From: Eledone cirrhosa
Taxonomy: Eukaryota
DNA length: 64,000 nucleotides
Direction: 5' to 3'
NCBI GenBank assembly: GCA_964016885.1
Contig: OZ024741.1
Location: 181,412,001-181,476,000 of the forward strand
The notes under the pieces are model-generated. The model was not told where the DNA came from, made no database searches, and was given only the letters and a program-made list of their open reading frames with translations. Shown here piece after piece: positions 1-13,973 of this stretch. Within the stretch, counting starts at the first letter, position 1. Each line of letters opens with the position of its first letter. Position numbers and translations under genes: made by a program.

Positions 1-869
1 TGTTAACAGCGCAAGTGAAATTATTTTAAATGGGAACCGAAATCGGATTCAAGGATTTGTTTCTCGGGAGCTTATATTTGCCTTGCGACGCAAAAAAAAA
101 AAAAAATCGAAAAAATAAAGCATTTCTTCTCTGCTGTTTTATCATCAAAATATTAATTGTTTAAAGTACATTATTTGACTAAGTTAATTAACTTGCAAAG
201 CGTTTCTAATTATTAATAAATTTTTAATTTGTTATAGTGTAATTAAAGAATTTTCCGTTAATGAAGAACTGACAGAAGAACTGACTGGCTAAAATGTTAT
301 TCAGTGCTAAAATATTTATAATCAACTGTAATTTAATATTTGTTCTAATATTTTATATCTGTGAATACAGCACGGTTCAATGTTTAAGAAGTTCTCTGTA
401 CAATCGTTTCGATTCCAGCGCGCAGCATTTTGGGCAATTTTGAGCCATTTTGAGCCATTTTCCATAACAACGGAGCGACCAATGCTTTGTGAGTGAAATT
501 AGGCAGATGGAGAGTGTTTAGAAAACAACCATTTGTATATTAATTACACGAAACCGACGGAGATTGGAATCTACTGTGGTTATAAAAAGAGGAAACAATG
601 TTTATATATGTATTTTAGATTTTGCATACTTTGAATGGGTTAGACGAAACCCAGTTTCATGGGTGTTAAGTACAAAATCTCCCCATGCCAAGACGCTACA
701 ATCGTGAGCTCAATCCCTTAGTCATTAGGCCACACGCCTTCACTTTTACAATCAACTGAAAATATATAAAACATTAATTTTTCTATACGTAAATACAAAT
801 ATGCAAACTTTTAAACACACACACAAGCTCTTTACTCCCCCATATATGTATATAAGGTGTACATATATA

Positions 870-963
870 CAGGGTGTCAAAAAATGTATACACACTTCAA
901 CAGCATTCTAATAAACATTGCCTGTACAGGTAATCAAAGTGTGTGTACAATGTTTGGGACACA
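870..963. mobile_element. Tiny Tc1/mariner-type MITE remnant
   Basis: TA|CAGGGTGTCAAAAAATGTATACACACTT at the left and an imperfect inverted copy (AAGTGTGTGTACAATGTTTGGGACAC) at the right. Confidence 0.4.
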
Positions 964-989
964 CACACACACACTATATATATATATAC

Positions 990-1025
<36 letters not shown>

Positions 1026-1032
1026 AAAAAAG

Positions 1033-1106
1033 TAGAATTGAGATGGAGGGTTTGTGGTTTTTCTCGCAGATGCGAGAAAAATCACAAACCCTCCATCTCA
1101 ATTCTA
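1033..1106. repeat. Near-perfect 36-bp fold-back between (TA)n tracts
   Basis: TAGAATTGAGATGGAGGGTTTGTGGTTTTTCTCGCA-GA-TGCGAGAAAAATCACAAACCCTCCATCTCAATTCTA, with one G-T pair. Confidence 0.9.
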
Positions 1107-1259
1107 GTTTTGAAAAGCATAAGAACTGTGAAACCGCTAAAGGAACGAAATAAATATTCTTAAAAAGACTCCAGTTGCATTTTCGATTTCATCTTTCTTC
1201 CTTACACTTTCACTCGTGTAGGACATCTCGTCTTTTTTCATTTTGGAATAAAACCCCTC

Positions 1260-1440
<181 letters not shown>

Positions 1441-2224
1441 ACAACAATGAAGCAGGGACATAGAAAACAACATCCGATTGCAAATCAATGTGAATATAGT
1501 TCAATATACTTCTCTAATGAGATGTAACAAGATCAGAACATGTCCGCTGCTTTCGCCAATTGGCTTCAATAACGAAATCCATTTACTCTCAACCTCATTA
1601 CCAGTATTTTTAAAAAGGTGGGTGAGCTGATATTGGAGTTATCTCTTTTTGACTGTTTATAGAATTTAGATACACATAGAAGATTTTGTCTTCTAATTGT
1701 AAGGATGTTGTCAGTTGTAGTTTTTCGAGTAAACATACTATAAACAGACAGGGAATTGGCAGACTCGTTAAGAGGTCGGATAGAATGCTTTGCGGTATTC
1801 GTTCCGGCTCTCTGCACAAAGAGTTCAAAACACACCGAGGCCAGCTTTGCTTTTCATCCTTTCGAGGTGAGGTTGATAAATATGTACCAGGCCAGTGTTG
1901 GGGTCCATTCTTCCTTTACATCTCTTTCATAATTCATCTCTAACCTTTTCTCACTTTCTCCAGAAGAAATCGACTGTACTCTGACCTGGTGAGGGGGATG
2001 GGCTCCGCCAGATTTAAAATGTCCCCAATCAACGTATGTCACCACAGCGTTCCTATGACACTATCGGGAGTTATGCGTCTATACATACATATTACATGTG
2101 AGATACTACCATATGTATTGAGACCTGCTGTAATATTAGGCGCATCATGATCGTCTCTGTTGTTTAAGATGTGGATCAATGCGGTTTTATCGGTTTCATT
2201 GATGTTTAACAGTTCATTTTTTTA

Positions 2225-2520
2225 AATTGATGATGGAACCCCCATCCGTTTCGACGATGAGCATTCAGTTATTTGATTGATCTAACGTTCAACATGTGAG
2301 CTAATGTGTAAGTGATTGAGTATTATCAAACACGTGTACTCTTAACGTAATTCTAAAGCTGAACAAACGTGACACAATATGTGACAAAGCTGGACATTTT
2401 ATTTAAAGGCATATTCCACTTAACGAGTTTCTATGCAGTTACGCCAAGGCTTTAAGCGAACCAACGGTACGGTACAAAAGTTCCTCATAATTTTACAGCA
2501 AACTCCTTAACCGCCCACCC
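2225..2520 (+). mobile_element. Degenerate interspersed repeat (second SINE-like family)
   Basis: The motif series GTTTCGACGATGA...TTAACGTAATTCT...ACAAAGCTGG recurs at ~60040-60400 and, in part, at ~47620-47900 and reversed at ~18800-18965. Confidence 0.55.
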
Positions 2521-2974
2521 ACGGCATCATCCATGGTAAAGGCTAAGTGATTGGGAAAAGTAATGCCATAGCTACAAACATAGCGTTAATGCAGTGTGAG
2601 TTATACAAAATCCTAGCCTTTCGGTTAGCAAATTAGCCGGATTTCTAGTTAGCCAGCGGCTCTTTTCCGTGATTGGAATTGAAGCAGTAACAAGCAAAAT
2701 TGTTCTTCTAACAGGAAAAAGATAAAGAATAAAACCATTTCTGCTAATGTAACCCATTCATTTTATGAATGGATATTAACAGTAGAAGTCTTGGTTCACC
2801 AAATGATAAAGACAAAGCAGAAATGACTTAGCAGCTGATCTTTACTTATTGAAATTTAGAGTTGTCAGTAACATCTAGCAATTCGCTTGAAGCGACATTT
2901 CAGTTGGAAAACAATTGAACCGAAATCTCATATTATTTATTCTCTTCAACATAACCTCCAATATCTCTACCAAA

Positions 2975-5565
2975 ACAACCAATACCACCACCACAAACAT
3001 CAATACCACCACCACCACAACCACCAATACCACCACCACAAACATCAATACCACTACCACAACCACCAATACCAACATCGCATATCAATACCATCACAAC
3101 AAACATCAATACAACCGCCACAACCACCAGTACCACAACCACAACCACCAGTACCATCACCACAACCACCAATACCACCAATTCCACCACCACCACCACC
3201 ACTACCACCACCACCACTACCACCACCACCACAACCACAACCACCACTACCACCAATTCCACCATCACAATCATCAATATCACCACCACCACTACCACCA
3301 CCACAACCACCACCACCACCAATACCACCAACACAACCACCACTACCACCAATACCACCAACACAACCACCACTACCACCAATTCCACCACCACCACCAC
3401 CACCACCACCACCAATACCACCAATTCCACCACCACAAAACCACCACCACCACCAATACCACCACCACACCCACGACTACCACCAATTCCACCACCACCA
3501 CCACCACTACCACCAAATCCACCACCACCACCACTACCACCAAATCCACCAACGCAACCATCAATACCACCACCACCACTACCACCACCACAACCACCAC
3601 TACCACCAATTCCACCACCACCACCACCACTACCACTACCACAACTACCACCAATTCCACCATCACAACCACCAATACCACCACCACCACTACCACCACC
3701 ACAACCACCACTACCACTAATTCCACCATCACAATCATCAATAACACCACCACCACCACAACCACCACCACAACCAACACTACTACCAATTCCACCACCA
3801 CCACCACCACCACCACCACCACTACCACCAATTCCACCACCACAACCATCAATACCACCACCACCAATACCACCACCAAAACCACCACTACCACCAATAC
3901 CACCACCACAACCGTCAATACCACCACCACCACCACCACAGTTACCACTACCACCAATTCCACCACCACAACCATCAATACCACCACCACCACTACCACC
4001 ACCACAACCACCACTACCACCAATTCCACCACCAAAACCACCACTACCACCAATTCCACCACCACAACCATCAATACCACCACCACCACTACCACCACCA
4101 CAACCACCACTACCACCACAACCACCACTACCACCAATTCCACCACCACAACCATCAATACCACCACCACCACAACCACCACTACCACCAATTCCACCAC
4201 CACAACCATCAATACCACCACCACCACTACCACCACCACAACCACCACTACCACTAATTCCACCACCACAACCACCACTACCACCAATACCACCACCACA
4301 ACCACCACTACCACCAATTCCACCATCACAATCATCAATACCACCACCACCACCACTACCACCACCACCAATTCCACCACCACCATCATCAATACCACCA
4401 CCACCACTACCACCACCACCACCACCACCACCACAACCACCACTACCACTAATTCCACCACCACAACCATCAATACCACCACCACCACCACCACCACTAC
4501 CACCAATACCACCACCACAACCACCACTACCACCAATTCCACCACCACCACCACCAATACCACCAATACCACCACCACCACCACCAATACCACCACCACA
4601 ACCACCATTACCACCAATACCACCAACACAACCACCACTACCACCAATACCACCAACACAACCACCACTACCACCAATACCACCAACACAACCACTACTA
4701 CCACCAATTCCACCACCACCACCACCACCATTACCACCAATTCCACCACAACAAAACCACGACCACCAATACCACCACCACCACCACCAATACCACCACC
4801 ACCACCACCACCACCAATACCACCACCACCACCCACCACTACCACCAATTCCACCACCACAACCACCACTACCACCAATTCCACCACCACCACCACCAAT
4901 ACCACCACCACAACCACCACCACCACAACCACCACTACCACCAATACCACCACCACTACCACCACCACCACCACCACCACCACCACCACCACAACTACCA
5001 CCACCACCAATACCACCACCACAACCACCACTACCACCATTCCACCACCACAACCATCAATACCACCACCACCAATTCCACCACCACAACCACCACTACC
5101 ACCAATACCACCACCACAACCATAAATACCATCACCACCACTACCACCACCACCACCACCACCACCACCACCACCACCAATACCACCACCACAACCATCA
5201 ATACCACCACCACAACCATCAATACCACCACCACCACAACCATCAATACCACCACCACCACAACCACCACTACCACCACCACAACCACCACAACCACCAC
5301 TACCACCAATTCCACCACCACCACCACCACCACCACTACCACCGCCACAACCACCACTACCACCAATTCCACCACCACCACCACAACCACCACTACCACC
5401 ACCACAACCACCACAACCACCATTACCACCACCACTACCACCGCCACAACCACCACTACCACCACCACCACCACTACCACCACCACAACCAACACAACAA
5501 CCAATACCACCACCACAACAACCAATACCACCACCACAACCACCACTACCACCACTACCACCACT
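2975..5565. repeat. Large degenerate (CCA)n-based low-complexity array
   Basis: CCA/CTA/CAA/ATA triplet mosaic with a recurring ~30-bp unit (CCACCAATWCCACCACCACAACCACCACTA). The poly-T/P/H and poly-G/V ORFs come from it. Confidence 0.95.
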
Positions 5566-5824
5566 GTTTCTCATTACTACACCTTTACCTATCAATGTCG
5601 CCACCACTACAGGCAACCATCAACACCACCCGTATCTCTATCATTAGTTCTACTTCAAATAATCATATCTGAAAGCGATATTCGGAGTTGCTTCTACTAT
5701 AAATAGCCATTATCAATATCGCTAGCAAATTAAAACCATTTTTACTCGCCGAGTGTGTGAGGTGTCGGCAGTGTGTAGACAGAAAAGTGTTGCAGCTATT
5801 TTCGTCGTCGTTGTCGTTGGAATA

Positions 5825-6361
5825 ATGGTGGTGGTGGTGGTGGTGGTGGTGGTAGTAGTGGTGGTAGTGGTGGTGGTGGTGGTCGTTTTGGTGGTGGTGG
5901 TGGTGGTAGTAGTGGTGGTGGTCGTGGTGGTAGTAGTAGTAGTGGTGGTGGTGATGGTGGTGGTGGTGGTAGTGGTGGTGGTAGTAGTGGTGGTGGTGGT
6001 GGTCGTTGTGGTGGTGGTGGTGGTAGTAGTGGTGGTGGTCGTGGTGGTAGTAGTAGTAGTGGTGGTGGTGATGGTGGTGGTGGTGGTGGTAGTAGTGGTG
6101 GTGGTGGTGGTGGTGGTGGTAGTAGTAGTGGTGGTGGTGATGGTGGTGGTGGTGATGGTGGTGGTGGTGGTGGTGGTAGTAGTAGTGGTGGTGGTGATAG
6201 TGGTGGTGGTGGTAGTAGTAGTGGTGTTGGTGGTGGTAGTATTAGTGGTGGTGGTAGTAGTAGTAGTGGTGGTGGTGACGGTGGTGGTGCTGGTGGTAGT
6301 AGTAGTGGTGGTAGTGGTGGTGATGATGGTGGTGGTGATGGTGGTGATGGTGGTGGTGGTG

Positions 6362-6402
<41 letters not shown>

Positions 6403-6750
6403 AGTGATGGTGGTAGTGGTGGTGGTGGTGGTAGTAGTAGTGGTGGTGGTGGTGGTGGTGGTGATGGTGGTGGTGGTGTAAGTAGTAGTAGTAGTAGTAG
6501 TCGTGGTGATGGTGGTGGTGGTGGAAGTAGTAGTAGTCGTGGCGCTGGTGGATACTTTGGAGAGCCGGTCGTCGTCGTCGTCGTTGTAGTAGTTGTAGTA
6601 GTAGCAGTAGTAGTAGTAGTAGTAGTAATAGTAGGTTTAGTAGTAGTCGTGGTGTTGGTGGATACTTTCGGAGTGCCGGTTGTCGTCGTCATAGTAATAG
6701 TAGTAGTGGTGGTGGTTTTAGAAGTAGTAGTAGTAGTAGTAGTGGTGGTG
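5825..6750. repeat. Degenerate (GGT/AGT)n array
   Basis: Read directly; its composition is the reverse complement of the 2975-5565 array. Confidence 0.95.
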
Positions 6751-6965
6751 TTGCAGTATCGGCAGAGCGTCAGACGCCATGCTTTGCAGCATAGGTGTTA
6801 TGGCGCTTTACGTTGTGAGTTCAAATCCCGCCGAGGTTAACTTTGCCTTTCATCCTTACGGGGTTGATAAAATAAAGTACCAGTCACACATTGGGGTCGA
6901 TTTAATCGACTTTCCCTTCCCCCGAAATTGCTGGCCTTGTGCCTATATAAGAAACCATTATTATT
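6750..6965 (+). mobile_element. tRNA-type SINE with Meta/MESC-like core (long variant)
   Basis: B-box-like GAGTTCAAATCC, core GCCTTTCATCCTTACGGGGTYGATAAAATAAAGTACCAG, tail GCTGGCCTTGTGCCTA...(ATT)n. Many copies in the window. Confidence 0.85.
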
Positions 6966-6969
6966 AGTG

Positions 6970-7024
<55 letters not shown>

Positions 7025-7035
7025 CAGCAGCATGA

Positions 7036-7230
7036 AGGCGGTGGATTGGCAGTATCGGTAGAGGGTCGGACGCCATGCTTTCTAGCATAGTTACGTCCCT
7101 TTACGAGCTGAGTTCAAATCCCGCCGAGGTTGACTTTGCTTTTCATCCTTACGGGGTCGATAAAATAAAGTACCAGTAATGCACTGGGTAATTGCTGGCC
7201 TTGTGCCTAAAGTAGAAACAATTATTATTA
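7036..7230 (+). mobile_element. Same SINE family (short variant)
   Basis: Head GGCGGTGGATTGGCAGTATCGGTAGAGGGTCGG and the same core; lacks the internal GGGGTCGATTTAATCGAC segment. Confidence 0.88.
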
Positions 7231-7233
7231 GTG

Positions 7234-7294
<61 letters not shown>

Positions 7295-7384
7295 CAGCAG
7301 CAGCATGAGGGCATCATCAGAAGAAAAAAGAGAAGAAAAGAGAGAAGAGGTTGAAGATGTATACGGAGAAGGGTTTTAAGCTCA

Positions 7385-7955
7385 ATGAGGGTGTATATCG
7401 GATGGATGTCGCTGCTGATCCACCCTTGACTCTTTTGGCTTCCATCCGATGTACTGTCGCTACAGTGCCAGCCACTTCCCACGCCATGCTGCTCTCAATG
7501 AGATCATAAAGCATAGCTTAGATGCTACATGCTTCCCCTCCAATCTTGAATTGGCAGGGCTGGTCCGAGGGGATGGTAAAAGGTTTAACGGCATAGCCAT
7601 CTTCCCGTTCCGCGGTGGTAAACCCCTCATCTGGGATGCCACATGCAGCGACATTTTCTCCAGCGGTAACCTGATGCAGTCTGAGTCTAATCCAGGCTCT
7701 GCTACACTTCGGGCCAAGGAGGATCAACTCTCCAAATAATGGTCGCCCTCTGACAGGTTTGCGGTCGAGCCCGCAGCAGTGAAGACTTCTGGTGTCCTTG
7801 GCACTAGGACCACCTACCTACCCACCACGATCGACACGGAGTTCGCTACCCACATGTGTGAGCCTCGCGAGCTGGAATGGCTCTTCCAGCGCATCTCATT
7901 CACCATCCTCCGGGGAAACGCCTTCTCTATTCTTTCTGCATAGGTCCCCATTTGC
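7385..7955 (+). pseudogene. CRE-like non-LTR retrotransposon 3' fragment (restriction-like endonuclease region)
   Basis: Translation RHAALNEIIKHSL...GLVRGDGKRFNG...PFRGGKPLIWDATCSD resembles the RH...DGKRPDG...PW..GK.L.WD.T pattern of CRE-clade endonucleases. Interrupted by a stop. Confidence 0.7.
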
Positions 7956-10051
7956 TTAATATAGTAAGAGATTGGAAGTGCGAGAGAGACGGGGGCAGTG
8001 ACAATAGGTATTTGATTCTTTTATGTTCAGTCCTTGTTAGAAATTTTTTGTTTCAGTGTATGTATAGATTCACATCGGATGGATTGAACCTGTAATTCAA
8101 AGGCCCAGCCTTGTCTCGCATTGTATCAAGCTTAGTCGGCTTTAGAATAACGGCAGAATCATGGCAGAATCACTAGAGCACCAGACAAAATTCTTTATAC
8201 TTCTTAAGTCGATTACATTGACTTCTTACTGGAGTCAATGTAATCGACTCTTCCTTCCTCAAAATGTTCTGGCCTTGTGCCTATTTGGGGGACTCATTTA
8301 AATATAATGCGATGTTTAGTTACAGCCCTTTGCGTTATGAGTATAAATCCCGCTGAGATCAATTTTGCCTTCTATCCTTCCGGAGTCGATAAAATAAATC
8401 CTTAGTCAGATAATTACTGGAGTCGATTTAATCGATTAACTCATCCACACTTGTGTCTTTGTTAGAAACTATATGACAGGTTCGGCGGGTAGCGCTATCA
8501 CCCAGTACATCGCAAGATACAGAGTTTAGTGACGAGTGCAAAGTTGTGGGGAATGGTTTACAAACAGCATTCCATTATCAGCTGTATTTATTTAAGCAAA
8601 TATCAAATGAATTAGAGTATTATGAGAAGAAAAAGACACTAAGGTTTCGTCTGCAGTTTAAAAAAAGATAAAAATTATAGATAGTGATGTTTATTGAATT
8701 GATGTTCGCCGACTAAGATCAACAATTATTTTCACAAATTCTAGCGTGTATCGCTGGGTATTTCTTTTTACGACTTGTAGAAATGTTGCAGTTGCCGTTT
8801 ATTATTTTTTAGATATAACCATTGCGGTATACAATTGGTTGAAACTGCACCACAGAAAATACAGATATTTGGCGTTTAACCATTCGACAAAGAGATTGAT
8901 AAAGTAAGTGCCAGGCTTGAAAAATATGTCCTGGGGCTCATATCCCTTTTAGGTAGTGCTCTAACATGCCAGCAGTCAAATGACTGAAACAAGTAAATGA
9001 ATAAAAGATTATGAAATAAGTAGTTTAAGTGCAGTAAACCAAAATGTAAACCCACGGAGAGTGAGGTGTGTGATGCAATCTCGATTCCAATATGAAGACA
9101 TGTCAAATGGATTTCGCTTCACTTATAGACTGTAATGCACTGGGGAAAGTAAAACAAAATAGAAATTCACCATTTCGTTTTCATAAAATAGAGACCATTG
9201 ATGCTATGTTGAAAGAAACTAATGTATTTGGTTTTTTCAATGTGACATCCTTTTCGGCCGAATTTACAAATCTCTTATGTTATTGGTTGAATCTATTCTT
9301 ATTCACTTCACTTAAACCTGCTAATTCCCTTACGGTAAACTTTCTAACTTTGAAACCTAAGCAAGAAGTGGATACATATTTTTCATTTGCTATTTCGTAA
9401 ATCCAGTCTGACTCATTTTCAATATCATACGATACTGAAATATCTAGTAAATATTTTTCTTGGTATTCATAAATTGTTTTACTTATACATTTCTGGTATT
9501 TACCATAAATAAACTTATCGAGAATATTCTAATGCTGTGAATGTTTTATTTAAATTGATGATTCTAACACTGCAGTAAGTTTAAAGGACATGTCTAAAGT
9601 AAAAATTGAAATATATCATCTTATTTACAGTCGTAAAGGAAATATATTAAGAGATTTAGTAACAGAAAGAGGACTACTTACTCTACTAGGTGAAGGCTTG
9701 TACACAGTCTAGTTAGAGTATACTAAACACATTAGCAGTCAATGATTTAAGAGAAAATTGAAATTCATGAAATGCATTGATAGAAGGTGAGCTTGATGCA
9801 CTAAAAGAGCCAGTCCACCTCACGATCGTAGTAAGTAGGGAAGTGGTTTAAGGACACAAGATGCCAGATGTATCTACCACTTGTGCCGTTGAAACCGACA
9901 GAGTCGAAATTTAGCCGTTAACACAACGCATGATTAAAGCAGAGAACACAATCTATTTAATAATTTCTCAGATGAATAATTAGAAATAAAGCAAACTCAA
10001 TATATGACCTAATGTCTCTGGATAACCCTCCTAATGATAATATATATATAT

Positions 10052-13000
10052 CGATGAAATGCCGAGGACGGTTGGAGGGTCACTGATGAAGGACTCACTT
10101 TTGCATATGTATCCCATTTGCAACGCCGCAGCTCCATTATTATCATCATATTTACACATATTACTTTTCCATGCTGCCTGTCTGTTTCGTTCCTTGTATC
10201 TTTACCACTTCTAGCAGTCTCCCTCTCTGTTACTCTCTCCTCAACTTTCACTCACTCATTCTCTGTCACTACTTCTCCTCCTCCTCTTTCCTCCTCCTCC
10301 TTCAAGTTTGACCTGTGTGTAATTCTTTTCTCGCGCAGTCTTGACCGAGCTGGTATGGAATTTTTTTTCTCTCTCTCTTTCGTCTGTGACTTCACAAAAC
10401 TTGCGTTTACCGAATTCGTAGACCAGACCACCTTATCTTCTTCTTCTTCTTCTTCTTCTTCTTCTTCTTCTTCTTCTTCTTCTTCTTCTTCTTCTTCTTC
10501 TTCTTCTTCTTCTTCTTCTTCTTCTTCTTCTTCTTCTTCTTCTTCTTCTTCTTCTTCTTCTTCTTCTTCTTCTTTTTTCTTTCTCTCTCTCTCTCTTTTT
10601 TCCCCCCCGTCAAACTTGGGCGAAATTCTTTCCTTGCTCACATTTCTACCAGGTTCGATGGTCTTTCGTCTCTTGTTCACGATTTCACAGAGTTTATATT
10701 CATAGAGATCTGGGACTTGTCTATTTCTACTCACTTTCCGTTGCTTAAACCCTTTTGTTGTTACTCTAGCGTCCCCCTTTATTTACGTGTCCCAACGACT
10801 TTTTTTAGCCGTTGTTCGCACCAACCTGAGGCATATGGCCCTTAAAGCGATGAAATGCCGAGGACGGTTGGAGGGTCACTGATGAAGGACTCACTTTTTC
10901 ATATGTATCCCATTTGCAACGCCGCAGCTCCATTATTATCATCATATTTACACATATTACTTTTCCATGCTGCCTGTCTGTTTCGTTCCTTGTATCTTTA
11001 CCACTTCTAGCAGTCTCCCTCTCTGTTACTCTCTCCTCAACTTTCACTCACTCATTCTCTGTCACTACTTCTCCTCCTCCTCTTTCCTCCTCCTCCTTCA
11101 AGTTTGACCTGTGTGTAATTCTTTTCTCGCGCAGTCTTGACCGAGCTGGTATGGAATTTTTTTTCTCTCTCTCTTTCGTCTGCGACTTCACAAAACTTGC
11201 GTTTACCGAATTCGTAGACCAGACCACCTTATCTTCTTCTTCTTCTTCTTCTTCTTCTTCTTCTTCTTCTTCTTCTTCTTCTTCTTCTTCTTCTTCTTCT
11301 TCTTCTTCTTCTTCTTCTTCTTCTTCTTCTTCTTCTTCTTCTTCTTCTTCTTCTTCCTCTTCTCTCCTTTTTCTTTCTCTCTCTCTCTCTTTTTTCCCCC
11401 CCCGTCAAACTTGGGCGAAATTCTTTCCTTGCTCACATTTCTACCAGGTTCGATGGTCTTTCGTCTCTTGTTCACGATTTCACAGAGTTTATATTCATAG
11501 AGATCTGGGACTTGTCTATTTCTACTCACTTTCCGTTGCTTAAACCCTTTTGTTGTTACTCTAGCGTCCCCCTTTATTTACGTGTCCCAACGACTTTTTT
11601 TAGCCGTTGTTCGCACCAACCTGAGGCATATGGCCCTTAAAGCGATGAAATGCCGAGGACGGTTGGAGGGTCACTGATGAAGGACTCACTTTTTCATATG
11701 TATCCCATTTGCAACGCCGCAGCTCCATTATTATCATCATATTTACACATATTACTTTTCCATGCTGCCTGTCTGTTTCGTTCCTTGTATCTTTACCACT
11801 TCTAGCAGTCTCCCTCTCTGTTACTCTCTCCTCAACTTTCACTCACTCATTCTCTGTCACTACTTCTCCTCCTCCTCTTTCCTCCTCCTCCTTCAAGTTT
11901 GACCTGTGTGTAATTCTTTTCTCGCGCAGTCTTGACCGAGCTGGTATGGAATTTTTTTTCTCTCTCTCTTTCGTCTGCGACTTCACAAAACTTGCGTTTA
12001 CCGAATTCGTAGACCAGACCACCTTATCTTCTTCTTCTTCTCTTCTTCTTCTTCTTCTTCTTCTTCTTCTTCTTCTTCTTCTTCTTCTTCTTCTTCTTTC
12101 TCTCTCTCTCTCTTTCCCCCCCCCCCGTCAAACTTGGGGCGAAATTCTTTCCTTGCTCACATTTCTACCAGGTTCGATGGTCTTTCGTCTCTTGTTCACG
12201 ATTTCACAGAGTTTATATTCATAGAGATCTGGGACTTGTCTATTTCTACTCACTTCCGTTGCTTAAACCCTTTTGTTGTTACTCTAGCGTCCCCCCTTTA
12301 TTTACGTGTCCCAACGACTTTTTTTAGCCGTTGTTCGCACCAACCTGAGGCATATGGCCCTTAAAGCGATGAAATGCCGAGGACGGTTGGAGGGTCACTG
12401 ATGAAGGACTCACTTTTTCATATGTATCCCATTTGCAACGCCGCAGCTCCATTATTATCATCATATTTACACATATTACTTTTCCATGCTGCCTGTCTGT
12501 TTCGTTCCTTGTATCTTTACCACTTCTAGCAGTCTCCCTCTCTGTTACTCTCTCCTCAACTTTCACTCACTCATTCTCTGTCACTACTTCTCCTCCTCCT
12601 CTTTCCTCCTCCTCCTTCAAGTTTGACCTGTGTGTAATTCTTTTCTCGCGCAGTCTTGACCGAGCTGGTATGGAATTTTTTTTCTCTCTCTCTTTCGTCT
12701 GCGACTTCACAAAACTTGCGTTTACCGAATTCGTAGACCAGACCACCTTATCTTCTTCTTCTTCTTCTTCTTCTTCTTCTTCTTCTTCTTCTTCTTCTTC
12801 TTCTTCTTCTTCTTCTTCTTCTTCTTCTTCTTCTTCTTCTTCTTCTTCTTCTTCTTCTTCTTCTTCTTCTTCTTCTTCTTCTTCTTCTTCTTCTTCTTCT
12901 TCTTCTTCTTCCTCTTCTCTCCTTTTTCTTTCTCTCTCTCTCTCTTTTTTCCCCCCCGTCAAACTTGGGCGAAATTCTTTCCTTGCTCACATTTCTACCA

Positions 13001-13973
13001 GGTTCGATGGTCTTTCGTCTCTTGTTCACGATTTCACAGAGTTTATATTCATAGAGATCTGGGACTTGTCTATTTCTACTCACTTTCCGTTGCTTAAACC
13101 CTTTTGTTGTTACTCTAGCGTCCCCCTTTATTTACGTGTCCCAACGACTTTTTTTAGCCGTTGTTCGCACCAACCTGAGGCATATGGCCCTTAAAGCGAT
13201 GAAATGCCGAGGACGGTTGGAGGGTCACTGATGAAGGACTCACTTTTTCATATGTATCCCATTTGCAACGCCGCAGCTCCATTATTATCATCATATTTAC
13301 ACATATTACTTTTCCATGCTGCCTGTCTGTTTCGTTCCTTGTATCTTTACCACTTCTAGCAGTCTCCCTCTCTGTTACTCTCTCCTCAACTTTCACTCAC
13401 TCATTCTCTGTCACTACTTCTCCTCCTCCTCTTTCCTCCTCCTCCTTCAAGTTTGACCTGTGTGTAATTCTTTTCTCGCGCAGCCTTGACCGAGCTGGTA
13501 TGGAATTTTTTTTCTCTCTCTCTTTCGTCTGCGACTTCACAAAACTTGCGTTTACCGAATTCGTAGACCAGACCACCTTATCTTCTTCTTCTTCTTCTTC
13601 TTCTTCTTCTTCTTCTTCTTCTTCTTCTTCTTCTTCTTCTTCTTCTTCTTCTTCTTCTTCTTCTTCTTCTTCTTCTTCTTCTTCTTCTTCTTCTTCTTCT
13701 TCTTCTTCTTCTTCTTCTTCTTCTTCTCTCCTTTTTCTTTCTCTCTCTCTCTCTTTTTCCCCCCCGTCAAACTTGGGTGAAATTCTTTCCTTGCTCACAT
13801 TTCTACCAGGTTCGATGGTCTTTCGTCTCTTGTTCACGATTTCACAGAGTTTATATTCATAGAGATCTGGGACTTGTCTATTTCTACTCACTTTCCGTTG
13901 CTTAAACCCTTTTGTTGTTACTCTAGCGTCCCCCTTTATTTACGTGTCCCAACGACTTTTTTTAGCCGTTGTT
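10052..13973. repeat. Tandem array of five ~0.72-0.83 kb units, each containing a (TTC)n tract
   Basis: Units start CGATGAAATGCCG at 10052, 10848, 11643, 12367 and 13197. They are nearly identical apart from microsatellite and homopolymer lengths. Confidence 0.97.

Noticed and set aside
2887-6692. Long ORFs of 240-750 aa (poly-Thr, Pro, His, Gly, Val)
   Set aside because: Open in several frames on both strands because the triplet repeats lack stops; no domain, signal peptide or splice evidence.
6800-6840. tRNA gene (GTTCAAATCC B-box)
   Set aside because: No cloverleaf; the motif is the tRNA-derived head of a SINE.
10083-10089. CTGATGA in each tandem unit as a hammerhead core
   Set aside because: No correctly placed GAAA, stem III and NUH could be paired with it in any hammerhead topology.
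10118-13891. Repeated poly-Ser, poly-Glu and poly-Lys ORFs
   Set aside because: Translations of the (TTC)n tract; frames shift between units.
10052-13973. CRISPR-like repeat-spacer array
   Set aside because: Whole units are identical, there are no unique spacers or cas genes, and the context is eukaryotic.
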